A DNA stretch of 64,000 bases from Candidatus Velthaea sp. GTDB lineage: Bacteria; Vulcanimicrobiota; Vulcanimicrobiia; Vulcanimicrobiales; Vulcanimicrobiaceae. Shown here in pieces: positions 19,388-29,405 of the stretch. Location: positions 42,954 through 106,953 of the forward strand of contig CBDCCS010000004.1 of the NCBI GenBank assembly GCA_965214935.1, read 5' to 3'. The number at the start of each line of letters is the position of its first letter. Within the stretch, counting starts at the first letter, position 1. A program made the translations under genes and the position numbers. Below the pieces are notes generated by a model. It saw only the letters and a program-made list of their open reading frames with translations, made no database searches and was not told the origin of the DNA.

Positions 19388-20748
19388 CCCCGCTGCAGCG
19401 TTCGTTCGATCTCATTCGCTGGCTGCTACCGGGCTTAGGCGTAAAACGCTGGCTGCTTATCGCGCTTGCCGGAGCGATCGTGCTTGTGAACGGCGTGTCG
19501 CGCTGGTTCACCGACGAGGGCTCGAGCTTCCGCGTCAATGAGTTCGTCGACACGATTACCAGCGACTTTCTTAACCCAAGTTACCTCTCGTATATCGAGA
19601 TTGCGCTCGGCGCAATTCTCGTCGCAGTGGGCATCTGGCGCTGGCTCAATTCGATCGTCACCGCGCTCACGCCGTACGGTAAAGAGCGCGTCATCGACGC
19701 CCTCTACGCATCGCGCCTTAAGAGCGGCTATAAGATCGTCACGATCGGCGGCGGTACCGGACTGTCGACCATGCTGCGCGGGCTCAAACGTCACACGTCG
19801 AATTTGACGGCCGTCGTTACCGTGAGCGATGACGGCGGCAGCTCGGGACGCTTACAAAAAGAACTGGGCGTTCTGCCGCCCGGCGATATTCGCAATTGCC
19901 TGGTCGCACTCGCCGACGACGAAGCACTCGTGACCGATCTCTTCCGCTACCGCTTTTCCGAAGGCGAAGGGCTGACGGGACACTCGTTCGGCAATCTCTT
20001 TCTCGCTGCAATGACCGGTATAACCGGCAATTTTGATGAGGCGATCAAAGTATCGAGCCGCGTGCTCAACATCAAAGGCCGCGTGCTGCCGGCGACGCTG
20101 GCGACGGCGCGGCTGTGCGCCACGCTCGTGGACGGTACGGTCATCGAGGGCGAATCGAACATTTCCCGCTCGACCAAAGCCATCGCCGACGTGTTCCTCG
20201 ATCCGCCGTTTGCCGCGCCGCTCGATGAAGTCATCGAAGCGATCCGCGATGCCGACGCCGTCGTGCTCGGTCCCGGCTCGCTCTACACGTCGATCATGCC
20301 GAATCTACTCGTCGATCGCATCGCTCGCGAAGTCGCCGCGGCGAACGCGGTAAGAATTTACGTCTGCAACGTAATGACGCAGCCCGGCGAAACGGACGCG
20401 TATACGGCGTCCGCCCACGTCAAGACGCTGTTGGAGCGCGCAAAGGCGCGTGTCTGCGATGTCGTCGTCGTCAACGATCAACTACCGCGCAAACTACGCG
20501 ACGCGTATGCCGTCGAGGGCCAACTGCCGGTCGTCGCCGACACGGCAGCCGTTGAGGCGCTGGGTGTGCGCGTGGTTCGTGCCGCCGTCATTAGCGAGAC
20601 GCAGAACGTTCGGCATGATTCGGAGAAGCTTGCCGCCGTCGTCGTCGGCATCATCGACGAAGCCGTGGCATCGCGCGCTTCGTATGTGAAATTCCGCTCC
20701 GAGGCGTACCCTGCGGCAAAAACAAGCGGAGCCGATCGCGCGTCATGA
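19384..20748 (+). CDS. yvcK: YvcK/GlmR gluconeogenesis factor with N-terminal TM segments
   Basis: IGGGTGLS, VSDDGGSSGRL, PPGDIRNC, GHSFGNL, GPGSLYTS, NVMTQPGET; ATGA overlap with rapZ. Confidence 0.95.
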   Translation: MTPLQRSFDLIRWLLPGLGVKRWLLIALAGAIVLVNGVSRWFTDEGSSFRVNEFVDTITSDFLNPSYLSYIEIALGAILVAVGIWRWLNSIVTALTPYGKERVIDALYASRLKSGYKIVTIGGGTGLSTMLRGLKRHTSNLTAVVTVSDDGGSSGRLQKELGVLPPGDIRNCLVALADDEALVTDLFRYRFSEGEGLTGHSFGNLFLAAMTGITGNFDEAIKVSSRVLNIKGRVLPATLATARLCATLVDGTVIEGESNISRSTKAIADVFLDPPFAAPLDEVIEAIRDADAVVLGPGSLYTSIMPNLLVDRIAREVAAANAVRIYVCNVMTQPGETDAYTASAHVKTLLERAKARVCDVVVVNDQLPRKLRDAYAVEGQLPVVADTAAVEALGVRVVRAAVISETQNVRHDSEKLAAVVVGIIDEAVASRASYVKFRSEAYPAAKTSGADRAS

Positions 20749-20752
20749 CGGA

Positions 20753-22042
20753 TTAGGCGAACTGCGCGCGCAGGATCTCGCCGGCCCGGCGCGCAGCATC
20801 GGCCAGCGCGGCGATCGTGCTGAAGTTTTCGGGGAGCTTGAGCATCGTCCGGGCCAATTCGAGTGTGGCGCTTTCGCAAGCGGCCCGCCGGTCAACGTCG
20901 GCAATCTCCAAAAAGTCGCCGACATGCGCGAAGCCTAAAATGCGCCGGATCATCTTTACCGCGGCAAATCCAATCATGTCGACATAAACACCGTCGACGA
21001 AGCGCACTCGTTCGGCCTGCAGCGCGGCGCGGCTTGACGGGTCGACAAAAAGGTCGGCCGGGTAGACATCGCCGGCCGGATTTGCTTCCCACAATGCAAG
21101 AAAGCGCTCGCGAAAGTGGTCCCAAAAGAGCGGCAATTGCGCGAGAATCCAGGTCTGTGTCTGCAATCGCGAATCGGCCGTCGTTGCGTGCCCGGGCTGC
21201 GAAAGATAACTGATGAGCAGGTTGCCGATGAACGCGCCGAGGTCGAAGCCGATCGGCCCATACAACGCAAACTCCGGATCGATCACCCGGGTATCGTTTG
21301 GCGTCACCATCACCGAACCCGAGTGCAAGTCGCCGTGAATAAGCGCTTGCGGACAGGCTAAAAACCGCCGGCCAAGCCGCGCCGCGGCAACTTTCAGCTC
21401 GGCGTCGGCACGAAACGCAGCGCCGATGTCGTCGAGTTGCGGGCGGGTCGGCGTATTGCGTTCCGATTCACGATACGGATCGTGAAAAACCAAATCCGCG
21501 GTGATGCGCAACAACCCGTGATTGCGCGCAAAGAGCGCGATACCGTCCATCTTGGTTTCTAACGCTACGGCAAAATCAGACGTGTAAAAGCTGGCGAGTG
21601 CAACATACTCGGCGACGTCTCGCGTGACGTGCGGATACGTCGTCCCCGCGATGAGTCCGCGCCGCAAAATGATGTGCGGCGTCAGCTGTTCCATGACGAT
21701 GCAAAACAGCTCGGCTTCGTAATGATACATCGCCGGCACCAACGGGCCGACGATCGGTTCGATCGCTTGAAAGTATGAATGCTCGAAAAACGTTCGTTCG
21801 ACCGGTAAGCGCCAGGTTCGTACGGCACGCACGTGCGGCAGCGATTGTTTGACGCACAGGTTCCCGTCGGGTCCGTCGACGAGAAAGACGAGATTGAGAT
21901 TACCGTCTCCGACTTCGCGAATGTTCCAGTCTGCGGACCGGCCGCCTAACCGATTCCGAGCTGCCGGTAACGCCCAGAGATAGTCGCGCAGCCGCGGGAT
22001 GTCGAATTCGGCGTAACCCGGCGGCGGAGACAAAACGCTCAT
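20753..22042 (-). CDS. mtnK: S-methyl-5-thioribose kinase
   Basis: EVGDGNLNLVF, VKQSLP, HGDLHSGS, IDPEFALYGPIGFDLG, RRILGFAHV. Confidence 0.95.
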   Translation of the reverse strand: MSVLSPPPGYAEFDIPRLRDYLWALPAARNRLGGRSADWNIREVGDGNLNLVFLVDGPDGNLCVKQSLPHVRAVRTWRLPVERTFFEHSYFQAIEPIVGPLVPAMYHYEAELFCIVMEQLTPHIILRRGLIAGTTYPHVTRDVAEYVALASFYTSDFAVALETKMDGIALFARNHGLLRITADLVFHDPYRESERNTPTRPQLDDIGAAFRADAELKVAAARLGRRFLACPQALIHGDLHSGSVMVTPNDTRVIDPEFALYGPIGFDLGAFIGNLLISYLSQPGHATTADSRLQTQTWILAQLPLFWDHFRERFLALWEANPAGDVYPADLFVDPSSRAALQAERVRFVDGVYVDMIGFAAVKMIRRILGFAHVGDFLEIADVDRRAACESATLELARTMLKLPENFSTIAALADAARRAGEILRAQFA

Positions 22043-22066
22043 CCGCGGGCTATTCGCGCAGTCGTA

Positions 22067-22405
22067 CTAGCGGCTTTTTTTAAGCGCGATATTGACCGTC
22101 AACGTTTCACCCGGCTGCGGCGAGATGCTATACTGCGGTTGCGCGGTGCGGTACCCGGCGGGCGCGGCAACTTGCAGTTCGTTGGGTCCGATCGGAAAAT
22201 TCGCGATCTTATACGTGCCGTCCGACGCCGACGTTGCGTTTAAAACGACCGATCCGGTGATGACGACTCCGCCAAGCGGTGCGTTGGAGTCGGCATCGTA
22301 CACGCGACCCGTAATGGTCGCGTAATTTTGAGCCGGTGGAATCGCCGGACCGCTGCAGCCGGCGAGCACCGCAACGAGCAACAAACCGAAGCGCGTGCGT
22401 TTCAT
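22067..22405 (-). CDS. Lipoprotein with carboxypeptidase-regulatory-like beta-sandwich domain
   Basis: MKRTRFGLLLVAVLAGC lipobox; ITGRVYDA..APLGGV..SASDGTY. Confidence 0.8.
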   Translation of the reverse strand: MKRTRFGLLLVAVLAGCSGPAIPPAQNYATITGRVYDADSNAPLGGVVITGSVVLNATSASDGTYKIANFPIGPNELQVAAPAGYRTAQPQYSISPQPGETLTVNIALKKSR

Positions 22406-22422
22406 CGCCCGCGACGTTCTCG

Positions 22423-22776
22423 TCAGGCGACCGCGACGCCCTCTTCGGCGTCCTGACGATCCATGTTCCCGCTCTTCTCCTCGAGCAGCCAACGGTTTGC
22501 ATCGTCGCGCCGTTCATCCGATACGCGGGCTTTGAGCCAGCCGGCAATCTCTGCATCGGTCGTACATGAATCGAGCGCGGCGTCGAATACGCGCGCCGTG
22601 ATGCCCCAACGATCGAAGACGCCGCGGTCCATCGGGCACGGATAAATGTAGTCGTGGATCGTGCCGTTCTTTGCCGCGCGCGCTTTATCGAACGCCCGGC
22701 CAAGCCATAAGTATCCCTCGATATTCTCGCGTCCACGGCGCGGAAAATCGTGTCCGCTGCGAAAGTCCGTTGCCAC
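22423..22776 (-). CDS. DUF5069-like protein
   Basis: GTG start with GAGGAG; PRRGRE..GYLWLGRAFDKARA...GTIHDYIYPCPMD. Confidence 0.75.
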   Translation of the reverse strand: MATDFRSGHDFPRRGRENIEGYLWLGRAFDKARAAKNGTIHDYIYPCPMDRGVFDRWGITARVFDAALDSCTTDAEIAGWLKARVSDERRDDANRWLLEEKSGNMDRQDAEEGVAVA

Positions 22777-22870
22777 GTAGCTCTCCTCGTGTTTCGGGCG
22801 CGCGCGACAGATGTCGCGCGTACCCCTTGACGCAGGCAGCTTTCCCGCAGTTGCGGAAGCGCGAAACCTG

Positions 22871-24265
22871 ATGATCAGCACACCTCCGGCGCAATCCGCG
22901 AAGCCGGCATATTTCAACGACGCACTCGAAGCCGTCGGACGAACGCCGCTCGTTCGGCTCAATAAAGTCATTGACGACGCCAAGTGTCTCGTTCTGGCGA
23001 AGGTCGAATACGTCAATCCGGGCGGAAGCGTTAAGGACCGGCCGGCGGTCGAGATGATTCGCGATGCCGAAGCGCGCGGCGTTCTGCGTGCCGGTGCAAC
23101 GATCATCGAAGCGACCAGCGGCAATACCGGCACGGGTCTTGCGATGGCGGCCGCGATTCGCGGCTATCGCTGCATTCTCGTCATGCCCGACAAAATGTCC
23201 AAAGAAAAAATCGACTTGCTCAAAGCCTACGGCGCCGAAGTCGTCGTCACGCCCACGAGCGTGCCGAACGAGTCGCCCGAATCGTACTACAGCGTGGCGA
23301 ATCGGCTGACCGCCGAAATTCCCGGCGCGTTTCAACCCGATCAGTGGCATAACACCAACAATCCCGATGCCCACTACCGGACGACCGGACCCGAAATTTG
23401 GGAGCAGACCGCCGGTACGATCACGCACTTTGTAAGCGGCATGGGGACGGGCGGCACGATCTCGGGCACGGCGCGTTTTCTCAAGGAGCAGAACCCGGCC
23501 ATCCATGTCGTCGGCGCCGATCCGGAAGGCTCGATCTATTCGGGCGATACGCCGAAGTCGTATAAAGTCGAAGGCATCGGCATGAGCTATCTGCCGCAGA
23601 CCGTCGACATGCGCGTCATCGATCAAATTTTGCGCATCTCCGACAAAGAAAGCTTCTTGATGGCGCGACGGGTCACGCGCGAGGAAGGTTTGCTGGTCGG
23701 CGGATCGTCGGGAACCGCCGTTGCCGCGGCGGCGCGGATCGCTGCAACGCTTCCGGCCGATGCGATCTTAGTCGTGATGATGCCGGATTCGGGTCGCGGG
23801 TACATGTCGAAGATCTTTAACGACGAGTGGATGATGGCCAACGGCTTCATCGGTGACGATAAACGCAAAGATACCGTCGGCGACGTGCTGCGCTCGAAAG
23901 AGCCGCTACCGCCCATGATTACCGTTACCGAGACCGCCGTCGTTCGCGAAGCACTCGATTTGTTACGCAAATACGAGATCTCGCAATTGCCGGTCACGCG
24001 CGGCAACGACGTCGTCGGGTCGATCAACGATGTGGGCGTCATGCAGGCGGTCTTCGATCATGCCGATTTATTACACAAACCGGTGAGCGATGTGATGGGC
24101 CGTCCGTTTCCCATGCTCGAGACCGACATCGCGGTCGATCGGGCGTATAAACTGCTGACGCTCTCAAACGCGGCGATCGTCGCGACCGAGGGCGGCCGGC
24201 CGGTCGGCGTTCTTACCCGTCAGGATATCATCAGCTTTCTCTCCGCCTCGAGCATGCCGCAGTAA
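22871..24265 (+). CDS. Cystathionine beta-synthase with C-terminal CBS domains
   Basis: KVEYVNPGGSVKDR, EATSGNTG, GMGTGGT, YKVEGIG, PDSGRGYMSK; CBS domain pair. Confidence 0.93.
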   Translation: MISTPPAQSAKPAYFNDALEAVGRTPLVRLNKVIDDAKCLVLAKVEYVNPGGSVKDRPAVEMIRDAEARGVLRAGATIIEATSGNTGTGLAMAAAIRGYRCILVMPDKMSKEKIDLLKAYGAEVVVTPTSVPNESPESYYSVANRLTAEIPGAFQPDQWHNTNNPDAHYRTTGPEIWEQTAGTITHFVSGMGTGGTISGTARFLKEQNPAIHVVGADPEGSIYSGDTPKSYKVEGIGMSYLPQTVDMRVIDQILRISDKESFLMARRVTREEGLLVGGSSGTAVAAAARIAATLPADAILVVMMPDSGRGYMSKIFNDEWMMANGFIGDDKRKDTVGDVLRSKEPLPPMITVTETAVVREALDLLRKYEISQLPVTRGNDVVGSINDVGVMQAVFDHADLLHKPVSDVMGRPFPMLETDIAVDRAYKLLTLSNAAIVATEGGRPVGVLTRQDIISFLSASSMPQ

Positions 24266-24400
24266 GCAGTCGAACCTCGAACTAGCCCCGCAATAAGACC
24301 GTGTCGAGTGACGGTCCTGCGGGCGCTGCCGGGCGGCGCGCAGCCTTAGCGCCGGTTACCCCAGACCGGGCCGGCACGCGCGCAGGGCGAAGAGACGGAC

Positions 24401-25558
24401 ATGGATTTTAGTACGCGAGCCATTCATGCCGGACAAGGCGCCGATCCGACGACTGGGGCAACGATCGTACCGGTGTATCAGACATCGACATACACCCAAA
24501 CCGCCGCCGGTGAGCATCGAGGTTTCGATTACAGCCGCACCGTAAACCCGACCCGTCAGGCTCTCGAAACGCAGCTCGCGGCGCTCGAAGACGCGCGGTA
24601 CGGCTCGGCCTTTGCCAGCGGCATGGCTGCGACGGCAGCGGTCCTCGATCTTCTCTCGGCGGGCGATCACGTTGTCGTGACCGACGATCTGTACGGCGGC
24701 ACGTACCGGTTGTTCGCGCGTGTTTTAACACGCTACGGACTGACGTTCAGCTTCGTAGACATGAGCGATCTCGATGCCGTGCGGGCGGCGGTGCAGCCGA
24801 ACACCAAGCTGTTCTGGATCGAGACGCCGACGAATCCGCTCCTCAAACTTGTCGACATTACCGCCGTTTGCGCGCTGCGGCCCGCCGGTGGCGTCGTCGT
24901 CGTCGACAACACGTTTGCTTCACCGTACTTTCAACTGCCGTTGGCGCTCGGCGCCGACATCGTCGTGCACTCGACGACCAAATATATCGGCGGGCACAGT
25001 GACGTCATCGGCGGCGCCGCTCTGACGAACGACTCGGCGTTATTCGAGACGATTAAGTTTCATCAAAACGCCGTCGGCGGCATCCCCGGGCCGCTCGATG
25101 CGTGGCTGACCATGCGCGGTGCCAAAACACTTGCGCTGCGGATGCGCGAACACGAGGCGAATGCCACACGCATTGCGGCTTATTTGGAATCACGCGACGA
25201 CATCGCGCGTGTGTACTATCCCGGTCTTGCCTCGCATCCGCAACATGCGCTCGCCAAGCGTCAAATGAGCGGATTCGGCGGCATGCTCTCGTTCACGCTG
25301 CGCGGACCCGATGCGCGCGCACACGAGTTCGTCAAACATACGGCGCTTTTTAGTTTGGCCGAAAGTCTCGGCGGCGTCGAATCGCTCATTTCGATCCCCG
25401 CCGTGATGACGCATGGTTCGATTCCGGCACAAGAACGGCTCCGACGCGGCGTAACCAACGGTCTCGTGCGGCTCTCGGTCGGCATCGAAGGCATCGATGA
25501 CCTCATCGCCGACCTCGGCCAAGCTCTCGACGTTACGCTCGAACTCGCCCAGGTGTAG
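24401..25558 (+). CDS. Cystathionine gamma-lyase/synthase (PLP transsulfuration enzyme)
   Basis: YSRTVNPT, FASGMAA, ETPTNP, VDNTF, HSTTKYIGGHSD, LAESLGGVESL. Confidence 0.94.
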   Translation: MDFSTRAIHAGQGADPTTGATIVPVYQTSTYTQTAAGEHRGFDYSRTVNPTRQALETQLAALEDARYGSAFASGMAATAAVLDLLSAGDHVVVTDDLYGGTYRLFARVLTRYGLTFSFVDMSDLDAVRAAVQPNTKLFWIETPTNPLLKLVDITAVCALRPAGGVVVVDNTFASPYFQLPLALGADIVVHSTTKYIGGHSDVIGGAALTNDSALFETIKFHQNAVGGIPGPLDAWLTMRGAKTLALRMREHEANATRIAAYLESRDDIARVYYPGLASHPQHALAKRQMSGFGGMLSFTLRGPDARAHEFVKHTALFSLAESLGGVESLISIPAVMTHGSIPAQERLRRGVTNGLVRLSVGIEGIDDLIADLGQALDVTLELAQV

Positions 25559-25570
25559 ACGCTGTGCGGC

Positions 25571-26599
25571 TTAACCGCGGTCGAGGACTTCGGCGAGTGC
25601 GGGCAGCGAAATCTCGTAGCGGTAGCCGACGTTACGATGATCGTCGTCGAACTCCTCATGACGCACCGTCAGACCGAGATCGCGCACGCGCTGGGCGAAA
25701 ATTCGGGCACCGATGTCGAGCGCGTATTCGTCGCGCCGGCCGCAATCCAGATAGCGCAAGCGAAGATCGGCGAGGGCCGTTGCACCGGCTGCGACGCGTT
25801 CGACCGGATCGTAACCTAACCAGCACCCGAAAACGTCGTCACGCAACTCGCCTGTAACGCCGTCGAACGGCAGCTCAAAGGCAAAAGCTTCGGCACGCTG
25901 CGGACTGTAGGCAGCGGCGTAGCCGAGTATCTCGATCGTCGTGTAAAAATGCTGCGGGCGCTTGGGACGGCGCTCGAACTCTTCGACGAAGGCACGCGCA
26001 CTTGTAAATGTTTCGAGCGTACGCGAAACGGTCGCGAACGCCGGGATGTGCGCGTAGCGAAAATACGTATCGCCGCTATGCGATGCAAACGCACTAAACG
26101 TGCCGGGATGCGCGAGACTCAGGTGCAGCGCGCCGAAGCCGCCGGACGATTTGCCGAATACCGCCCGGCCTCCGGCGTGCGCCAATGTCCGGTAACGTGC
26201 ATCGACATGACCGATGACGTCGCGCACGACGTACGTTGCGTAATCACCGTTGTGCAATGAGTCCACGTACTGCGACCCGCCTAGTCGCGTGTTGCCGTCG
26301 ACGATCGCTAAGATTGCCGGCTGCATCGCGCCGCGTGCGATGAGCCGGTCGAACCATTGCACGACGTTGGTTTCCCACGGCCGCGTTGCAACGAGCGCGC
26401 CGACATCGCCGGTGTAGCCGTGCAAACAGTACAGCACGCCGTAGCGCGTCGAGCCGGCCGGATCGTAGTTCGGCGGCGTATACACGGCAACGGGACGAAC
26501 CGAAGGATCGCCGAGCGGATTGCCGGCCAACGCGGCACTATCGATCCAATCGAGATGCAGATTTCCGGTGAGGCTGAGGAGTCGATCGAGGTCGTGCAC
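25571..26599 (-). CDS. Alpha/beta-hydrolase esterase (enterochelin-esterase-like)
   Basis: NPLGDP..R...VYTPP.Y, LHGYTG, GKSSGG nucleophile elbow, DCGRRDE, EEFDDDH. Confidence 0.88.
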   Translation of the reverse strand: MHDLDRLLSLTGNLHLDWIDSAALAGNPLGDPSVRPVAVYTPPNYDPAGSTRYGVLYCLHGYTGDVGALVATRPWETNVVQWFDRLIARGAMQPAILAIVDGNTRLGGSQYVDSLHNGDYATYVVRDVIGHVDARYRTLAHAGGRAVFGKSSGGFGALHLSLAHPGTFSAFASHSGDTYFRYAHIPAFATVSRTLETFTSARAFVEEFERRPKRPQHFYTTIEILGYAAAYSPQRAEAFAFELPFDGVTGELRDDVFGCWLGYDPVERVAAGATALADLRLRYLDCGRRDEYALDIGARIFAQRVRDLGLTVRHEEFDDDHRNVGYRYEISLPALAEVLDRG

Positions 26600-26652
26600 C
26601 GCGCACAGCTTGCACCAGGGCAGCCCGGCGCGCCTCCCTAACAACGCGCGCG

Positions 26653-29235
26653 ATGACCTGCGGCCGCGCCGTTCGCTCGACGTTCGTTTTGCTATTCATG
26701 GTCCTCTTCGGGCTGGATTGCTGCGGCCCGGCGGCGGCGCAGACATTTACGCACAGCCGCGTTGAGATGCACGAGGGCGAACCCACGCTCGACGTCGACG
26801 GGCGGCCGTTCTTCTTCTACGGAGCGGCGTTCTTTTACGAACGCATTCCGGCCGCGCAGTGGCGTGCATCGATGTCGGCGCTGCGCTCGATGGGTTTCAA
26901 CACGCTCGACCTATACGTGCCCTGGAATTGGCACGAACGTAGCGATGGTGAGTTCGATTTCAGCGGCCGCACGAACGCGCGGCGTGACTTGCGTTCGGTC
27001 TTGCGCCTCGCTCGCGAATTTGCGTTCAAGATCGTCGTGCGGCCCGGGCCCGTGATTCGCAACGAGTGGCGCAACGGCGGCTATCCGGCGTGGCTGCTGA
27101 CGCGGCCCGAATACGACATGCCGCTGCACGACATTCTTGAAGGCCGGTACCCGGCGACGGCAACGCTGCAGAATGCGAATTCGGATGATGCCGCCGCGCA
27201 ATGGCTGCACAATGCAACGCACATGCAGTATGCCCGCCGCTGGCTGCAAACGGTCTTGCGCGAGTTCGTACCGGTCGCCGACCTCGTGATCGCCGTGCAA
27301 CTCGATGACGATCAAGGCGCGTACATCGACAATCAAACCTGGCCGGCGCCGCATTTTCAGGCGTATGTAGCCGCGCTCGAAACGACGGTACGGAGTATCG
27401 TCGGCGCGCGCTTGCCGCTCTTCATCAACACGTACGAGATGAAAGTGACGGCTTCGGCACCGGTCTGGGCGATGGGCAACTGGTATCAATCCGATGCGTA
27501 TGCACTGGGCGAGCACGATCGGACGGCACTCGAGTTCAGTACCGGACTGCTGCAAACGCAGACGCGCTTCCCCGTCGCGATGAGTGAATTTCAAGCCGGC
27601 TGGCTTGCACCGCCCGAAGATCCCGCACCGCGTCCGGCCGATCCCGCGAACACGACGCTGGCATTGCATACGCTGCTCGGCATGGGAGCGCGCGGCGTGA
27701 TCGACTTTCCGGCACAGGACACCCTCAACCCGGCGGGTTGGGAAGCGCCGTTTGCCAATGCTGCGTATAGGTGGGACGCCGCACTCGACCGCCGGCTGCA
27801 GCCTTCGGCGAGGTATCTTCCGACAGCCGATTTCGGGACGCTCGTCCGCGCCGGCGGAACGCAACTCGCAGCGGCGCAGCGGCTCAGCGACGGCGCCGTC
27901 GCCTATCTCAGTTCCGCCTACGATCCGGCGCGCCTAACGAACGCCGACGTTTTTGCCATTGCCGCGCGGACCCAAGATGCGCAGCATGCCTGTCGCCGGC
28001 ACGCGCTCACCTGCGATCTGATCGATCTTCGCTTCGCCGGCGCAGCGAAGCTCGCCGGTTATCCCTTTGTCGTCGTGCCGCCGACCGGCGTGCGACTGCC
28101 CTTCGAGGCGGCCGTTCGCGCGAAGCTTGCTGCGTACGTCCGCGCCGGCGGGCGGGTGTTGGCCGAACCGCCGGCAATAGCAACGCCGCGCAACGGCGGA
28201 ATCGCCGACGCAACCGTGTTATTAGCGCCCGACGGCACGGCGTTTCTCGACATCGTCAATTACGACGACACGGCACGCCGGATCGCGCGGACGCGTCTGG
28301 GGTTGCCACACGGGCGCAGCTGGATCGTCGGACCGCTGATCGTCCCGGCGCGTGACGCCATGCTGTTGCGTTCCGGTGATACGCGCGATTCGCGCGCGTC
28401 ACCGCAGCCCGCCCAAGCACCGCCCGCTTCGCCCCAACCCTCGATCGACTCGTGCGCGACGGCCGAACCGGAACCGTCCGTTCCGGCCGCACCGCCGATC
28501 GTACGTGACGATCGCGCTTGCGATGGCTTCGCGCGACTCACGCTTGCAAACGATCGTGTCGCCGTAACGCTTGCTCCGGATGCCGGCGCGCGCGCTTTTA
28601 CTTTCTCTGCCCGCAGCGGTTCCGGCTCGACGATCAATGCCTTTACGAGCGTCGGTGCGTTACGCGACGACGTCGAAATCCAGCCGCCGGTCTCGACGAC
28701 CGATCGCATCGGCAAATATACGCGCTCGTTTCCGGCCGGAACGTTCAATCGCCCGTATTTCGTCGAGCACCAAGCGGCAACCGCTGACGCAGCGTCCGTC
28801 ACGTTGCGTTACGCTGCGCCCGACATGCTTCCCAATGGAGCCGTCTTCACGCGAACGCTGCAACTCGAACGCGGGAAAGCGGCATTCACCGTCGCCCAGG
28901 AAGTAACGTTTGCACCGGGCGTCGATGCCGGCGCACAACGCGCGGTACGCTACGATTCGTTCGATTCGCGCGGCATGCAAGTGCTCGACGAGCGCACGCA
29001 CGGGCAAATCGGTTTTTACTCGGCCGACCACCAAACGGTCGCGAGTATCACCTGGCCGCCGGGCGATGTCGAAGACGCTCAACTCATGCCCGAACGGAGT
29101 TCGACGGTCGTGCGTCTGCGTTTTGCGGCCAACGGTATACGTCGTACTCGCTACGCGCTCAGCGCGGTGACCGGCATCAGCGACGCACGCGCCGAACTCT
29201 TGAAAGAACGCAGCGCACTCGACGCGAAACCGTAG
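26653..29235 (+). CDS. Secreted GH35-family glycosidase
   Basis: FFYERIP..QW, GFNTLDLYVPWNWHE..GEFDFSG, RPGPVIRNEW..GGYPAWL, SEFQAGW. Confidence 0.85.
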   Translation: MTCGRAVRSTFVLLFMVLFGLDCCGPAAAQTFTHSRVEMHEGEPTLDVDGRPFFFYGAAFFYERIPAAQWRASMSALRSMGFNTLDLYVPWNWHERSDGEFDFSGRTNARRDLRSVLRLAREFAFKIVVRPGPVIRNEWRNGGYPAWLLTRPEYDMPLHDILEGRYPATATLQNANSDDAAAQWLHNATHMQYARRWLQTVLREFVPVADLVIAVQLDDDQGAYIDNQTWPAPHFQAYVAALETTVRSIVGARLPLFINTYEMKVTASAPVWAMGNWYQSDAYALGEHDRTALEFSTGLLQTQTRFPVAMSEFQAGWLAPPEDPAPRPADPANTTLALHTLLGMGARGVIDFPAQDTLNPAGWEAPFANAAYRWDAALDRRLQPSARYLPTADFGTLVRAGGTQLAAAQRLSDGAVAYLSSAYDPARLTNADVFAIAARTQDAQHACRRHALTCDLIDLRFAGAAKLAGYPFVVVPPTGVRLPFEAAVRAKLAAYVRAGGRVLAEPPAIATPRNGGIADATVLLAPDGTAFLDIVNYDDTARRIARTRLGLPHGRSWIVGPLIVPARDAMLLRSGDTRDSRASPQPAQAPPASPQPSIDSCATAEPEPSVPAAPPIVRDDRACDGFARLTLANDRVAVTLAPDAGARAFTFSARSGSGSTINAFTSVGALRDDVEIQPPVSTTDRIGKYTRSFPAGTFNRPYFVEHQAATADAASVTLRYAAPDMLPNGAVFTRTLQLERGKAAFTVAQEVTFAPGVDAGAQRAVRYDSFDSRGMQVLDERTHGQIGFYSADHQTVASITWPPGDVEDAQLMPERSSTVVRLRFAANGIRRTRYALSAVTGISDARAELLKERSALDAKP

Positions 29236-29243
29236 CTGGCCGC

Positions 29244-29326
29244 GGGGGCGTGGCGAAATGGTAGACGCAGTTGCCTCAAAAGCAACCGAGTGTGAGCTCA
29301 TCTCGGTTCGAGTCCGAGCGCCCCCA
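29244..29326 (+). tRNA. tRNA-Leu(CAA), CCA not encoded
   Basis: Acceptor GGGGGCG/CGCCCCC, anticodon arm GTTGC-CTCAAAA-GCAAC, long variable arm, T arm CTCGG-TTCGAGT-CCGAG. Confidence 0.96.
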
Positions 29327-29405
29327 TTTTGGCCGAATCCGCGTGCGACACGAACTTGCATTGCGTTAACATCGGGCAGACGCGATTGCGGAACGGCTAA
29401 AAATC

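Noticed and set aside
19384..20748. Missing whiA after rapZ-yvcK as a novelty
   Set aside because: The triad is often broken outside Firmicutes and Actinobacteria, and whiA may lie elsewhere in the genome
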